Below, piece after piece: positions 62,318 through 64,000 of a stretch of 64,000 nt of DNA. This DNA is from Neoconidiobolus thromboides FSU 785. Its lineage: Eukaryota; Fungi; Entomophthoromycota. Location: positions 106,717 through 170,716 of the forward strand of contig MU626280.1 of assembly GCA_025603075.1 (NCBI GenBank). Reading direction: 5' to 3'. The notes under the pieces were generated by a model that ran no database searches, was not told the DNA's origin, and was given only the letters and a program-made list of their open reading frames with translations. Numbering within the stretch: position 1 is the first letter of the stretch; the number at the start of each line of letters is the position of its first letter. A program made the position numbers and the translations under genes.

Positions 62318-63239
62318 TCTTTTATTATTTTAATAGAGCTTATTAATTATCGTTGAACTAAAGTTAATTTATTGTTCAAACCTTGAAATTTATTGCTTTG
62401 GCTCTTACCAAATTTAGACAAAACTCAAATTGACTGACTCTTTTGTTTTTATTAGTTAAATTTAGTAGCTCCCTTAATAATGATTGGATAAAATCTCTTC
62501 ATTAAAAATATTGAGAACAGTAATTTGAGTTCTAGATAGCAAAAACATTTACATAATAAATGCTAACTAAAGAAATTCACATTAAACTTGAATAATATTA
62601 TTATAATATTATTATAACCCTTACTTTAACTTTGTTTGATTATTGAATATATTAAGCATAATATCAATAATTCACAGTGTTATTAGAGAGAAGATTTTAA
62701 ATTTATTTAGTAAAAATAAATGTGTAAATTCATAACTTTAATGATGAAATAACTCCTTTTTATATTTCGGACCTTAGTGATTTATTATAGTCACATCAAA
62801 GCTTATATAGTAACTTTTAATTTTTGTAGGTTTATTTAATTTATTTGAGAGTTCACTTTAGATGAATATGACAACTAGGCTTAAATTAATTAATTTTACT
62901 ATTAACTCTTCACTGTTGACTATAATGATTGTTCGTTCACAACCACTAAATCGAATAAACCTTGCAGTTTTATAAGTTCTTTATAACAAGCAAGCTTTAT
63001 TTTTATATAGCTTATTGTTCAGAAAGTTGTAATATTGTTCTTGATGTTTTTGGTTTTGTATTGGAGGCTAATGAAATACTTTATTCCGAAGATTTATGAA
63101 AAAGATTATATTTTCAATTTATTTTATTTTTAAAGAGGCTTGTTGTTTTGTAAAAAAAGTAGTAAATACCTATTAGCATCTCATCACATAAATGAATATT
63201 ATTTCTCTAAATGTGATTATTTGATTTAAAAAAGCAAAT

Positions 63240-63340
63240 GGGGATGTATTTTTTTGTTTAAGAACTTTACTAACAATCTTCCGCTTAAGTAGTGCTTAAA
63301 AAATGAAAAAAAAATAACAAAACCAGAAAAAAACATCCCC
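63240..63340 (+). mobile_element. MITE copy
   Basis: Matches consensus; left flank AAAT, right flank not matching. Confidence 0.85.
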
Positions 63341-63444
63341 GTCTCTTTATTTAAAACTTATTTTAATTGTTTCCTTTTCTTAAATAGTTAATTTTTCTAA
63401 CTACATATTTTATGCTACTTCTGTTAAATATTTAATAAATATAT

Positions 63445-63542
63445 GAGGATGTATTTTTGTGTTTAAGAACTTTACTAACAAATTTTTCGCTTAAATAGCA
63501 CTTAAAAATGGAAAAAATAATGAAGTTAAAAAAAACATTCCT
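63445..63542 (+). mobile_element. MITE copy
   Basis: Matches consensus; flanks ATAT/ATAT. Confidence 0.9.
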
Positions 63543-63613
63543 ATATAGTATATAACTGTATAATTATATAAATAGAGTTATTCGACTTTATTTCTTGTTG
63601 AAACAAAAATAAA

Positions 63614-64000
63614 ATGCAAACTTTGATAACTAAACTTCGAAATCGAATTTTTGAAAATTTCAATACAATAGGGAGGAATACACAACATAAACATTGTAAT
63701 TCATTTACATCAATTTTAAGAGCCACTTATAACAACCCAAGGTTTATGGAATTTTATAATAAAACAAAACAAAGAAAAGATATATTATCAAAGTTTACTA
63801 TCGATAATAATAAACTTAATCAAGCAATGTATAAAATTAGTGCTTTAAGGGAAACAGGAAATAAAAATCAGCAAGTAGCGTTATTATCAACTATATCTTC
63901 GGTATGTTCTTCTGATGAATGTAAGAGCTTTGGGTTTAATATAAATAGAAATCAATATGATTATTCAAAAACAAGTAATAATAATAAAATATCAACATTA
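63614..64000 (+). CDS. Open-ended ORF (129 codons, no stop before the window edge), unknown product, possibly a transposase N-terminus
   Basis: MQTLITKLRNRIFENF...QQVALLSTISSVCSSDECKSFGFNINRNQYDYSKTSNNNKISTL; absent from the ORF track, presumably because it has no stop in the window. Confidence 0.45.
   Translation, partial: MQTLITKLRNRIFENFNTIGRNTQHKHCNSFTSILRATYNNPRFMEFYNKTKQRKDILSKFTIDNNKLNQAMYKISALRETGNKNQQVALLSTISSVCSSDECKSFGFNINRNQYDYSKTSNNNKISTL

Noticed and set aside
1003-63542. Recurrent ~97-bp sequence read as a CRISPR-like or tandem array, or as an ncRNA gene family
   Set aside because: Copies are dispersed, occur in both orientations, and have TIRs and target duplications; there is no repeat-spacer periodicity.
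731-63542. Classical RIP as the cause of G>A/C>T changes in the repeats
   Set aside because: The elements are shorter than the usual RIP substrate length and the clearest hypermutable sites are CpG; context statistics are needed.

Overview
AT-rich eukaryotic DNA with many very short (~45-55 bp) GT-AG introns. The gene content fits an early-diverging fungus; Zoopagomycota/Conidiobolus-like is my inference from composition and genes, not proven. I can support about 22 protein genes: UFD2 (5' part), secreted histidine phosphatase, roadblock, PCM1, AA11 LPMO, Gal4-type TF, MRPL21, UGT, UTP12, M20 aminoacylase, ASE1, oligopeptidase B, RPE1, BDP1, NOC4, an EH-domain protein, NDUFB8, PEX4, CLR4/SUV39, a TMEM245-like protein, SPT20 and a Rho GTPase. 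The main non-housekeeping signal is a cut-and-paste transposon system. It has 22 near-complete copies (plus 2 degenerate ones) of a ~97-bp MITE with GRGGATGT..ACATCCYC termini and 4-bp AWWT flanking direct repeats, which is the Sola-type signature. A fossil DDD-like transposase fragment at ~55.7-56.4 kb is itself interrupted by this MITE, and an unannotated ORF runs off the right edge. There is also a solo-LTR family (3 copies) and a perfectly phased 15 x 45-bp repeat in ASE1. Family assignments come from motif recognition only; no searches were run. Gene boundaries involving introns were read by hand.
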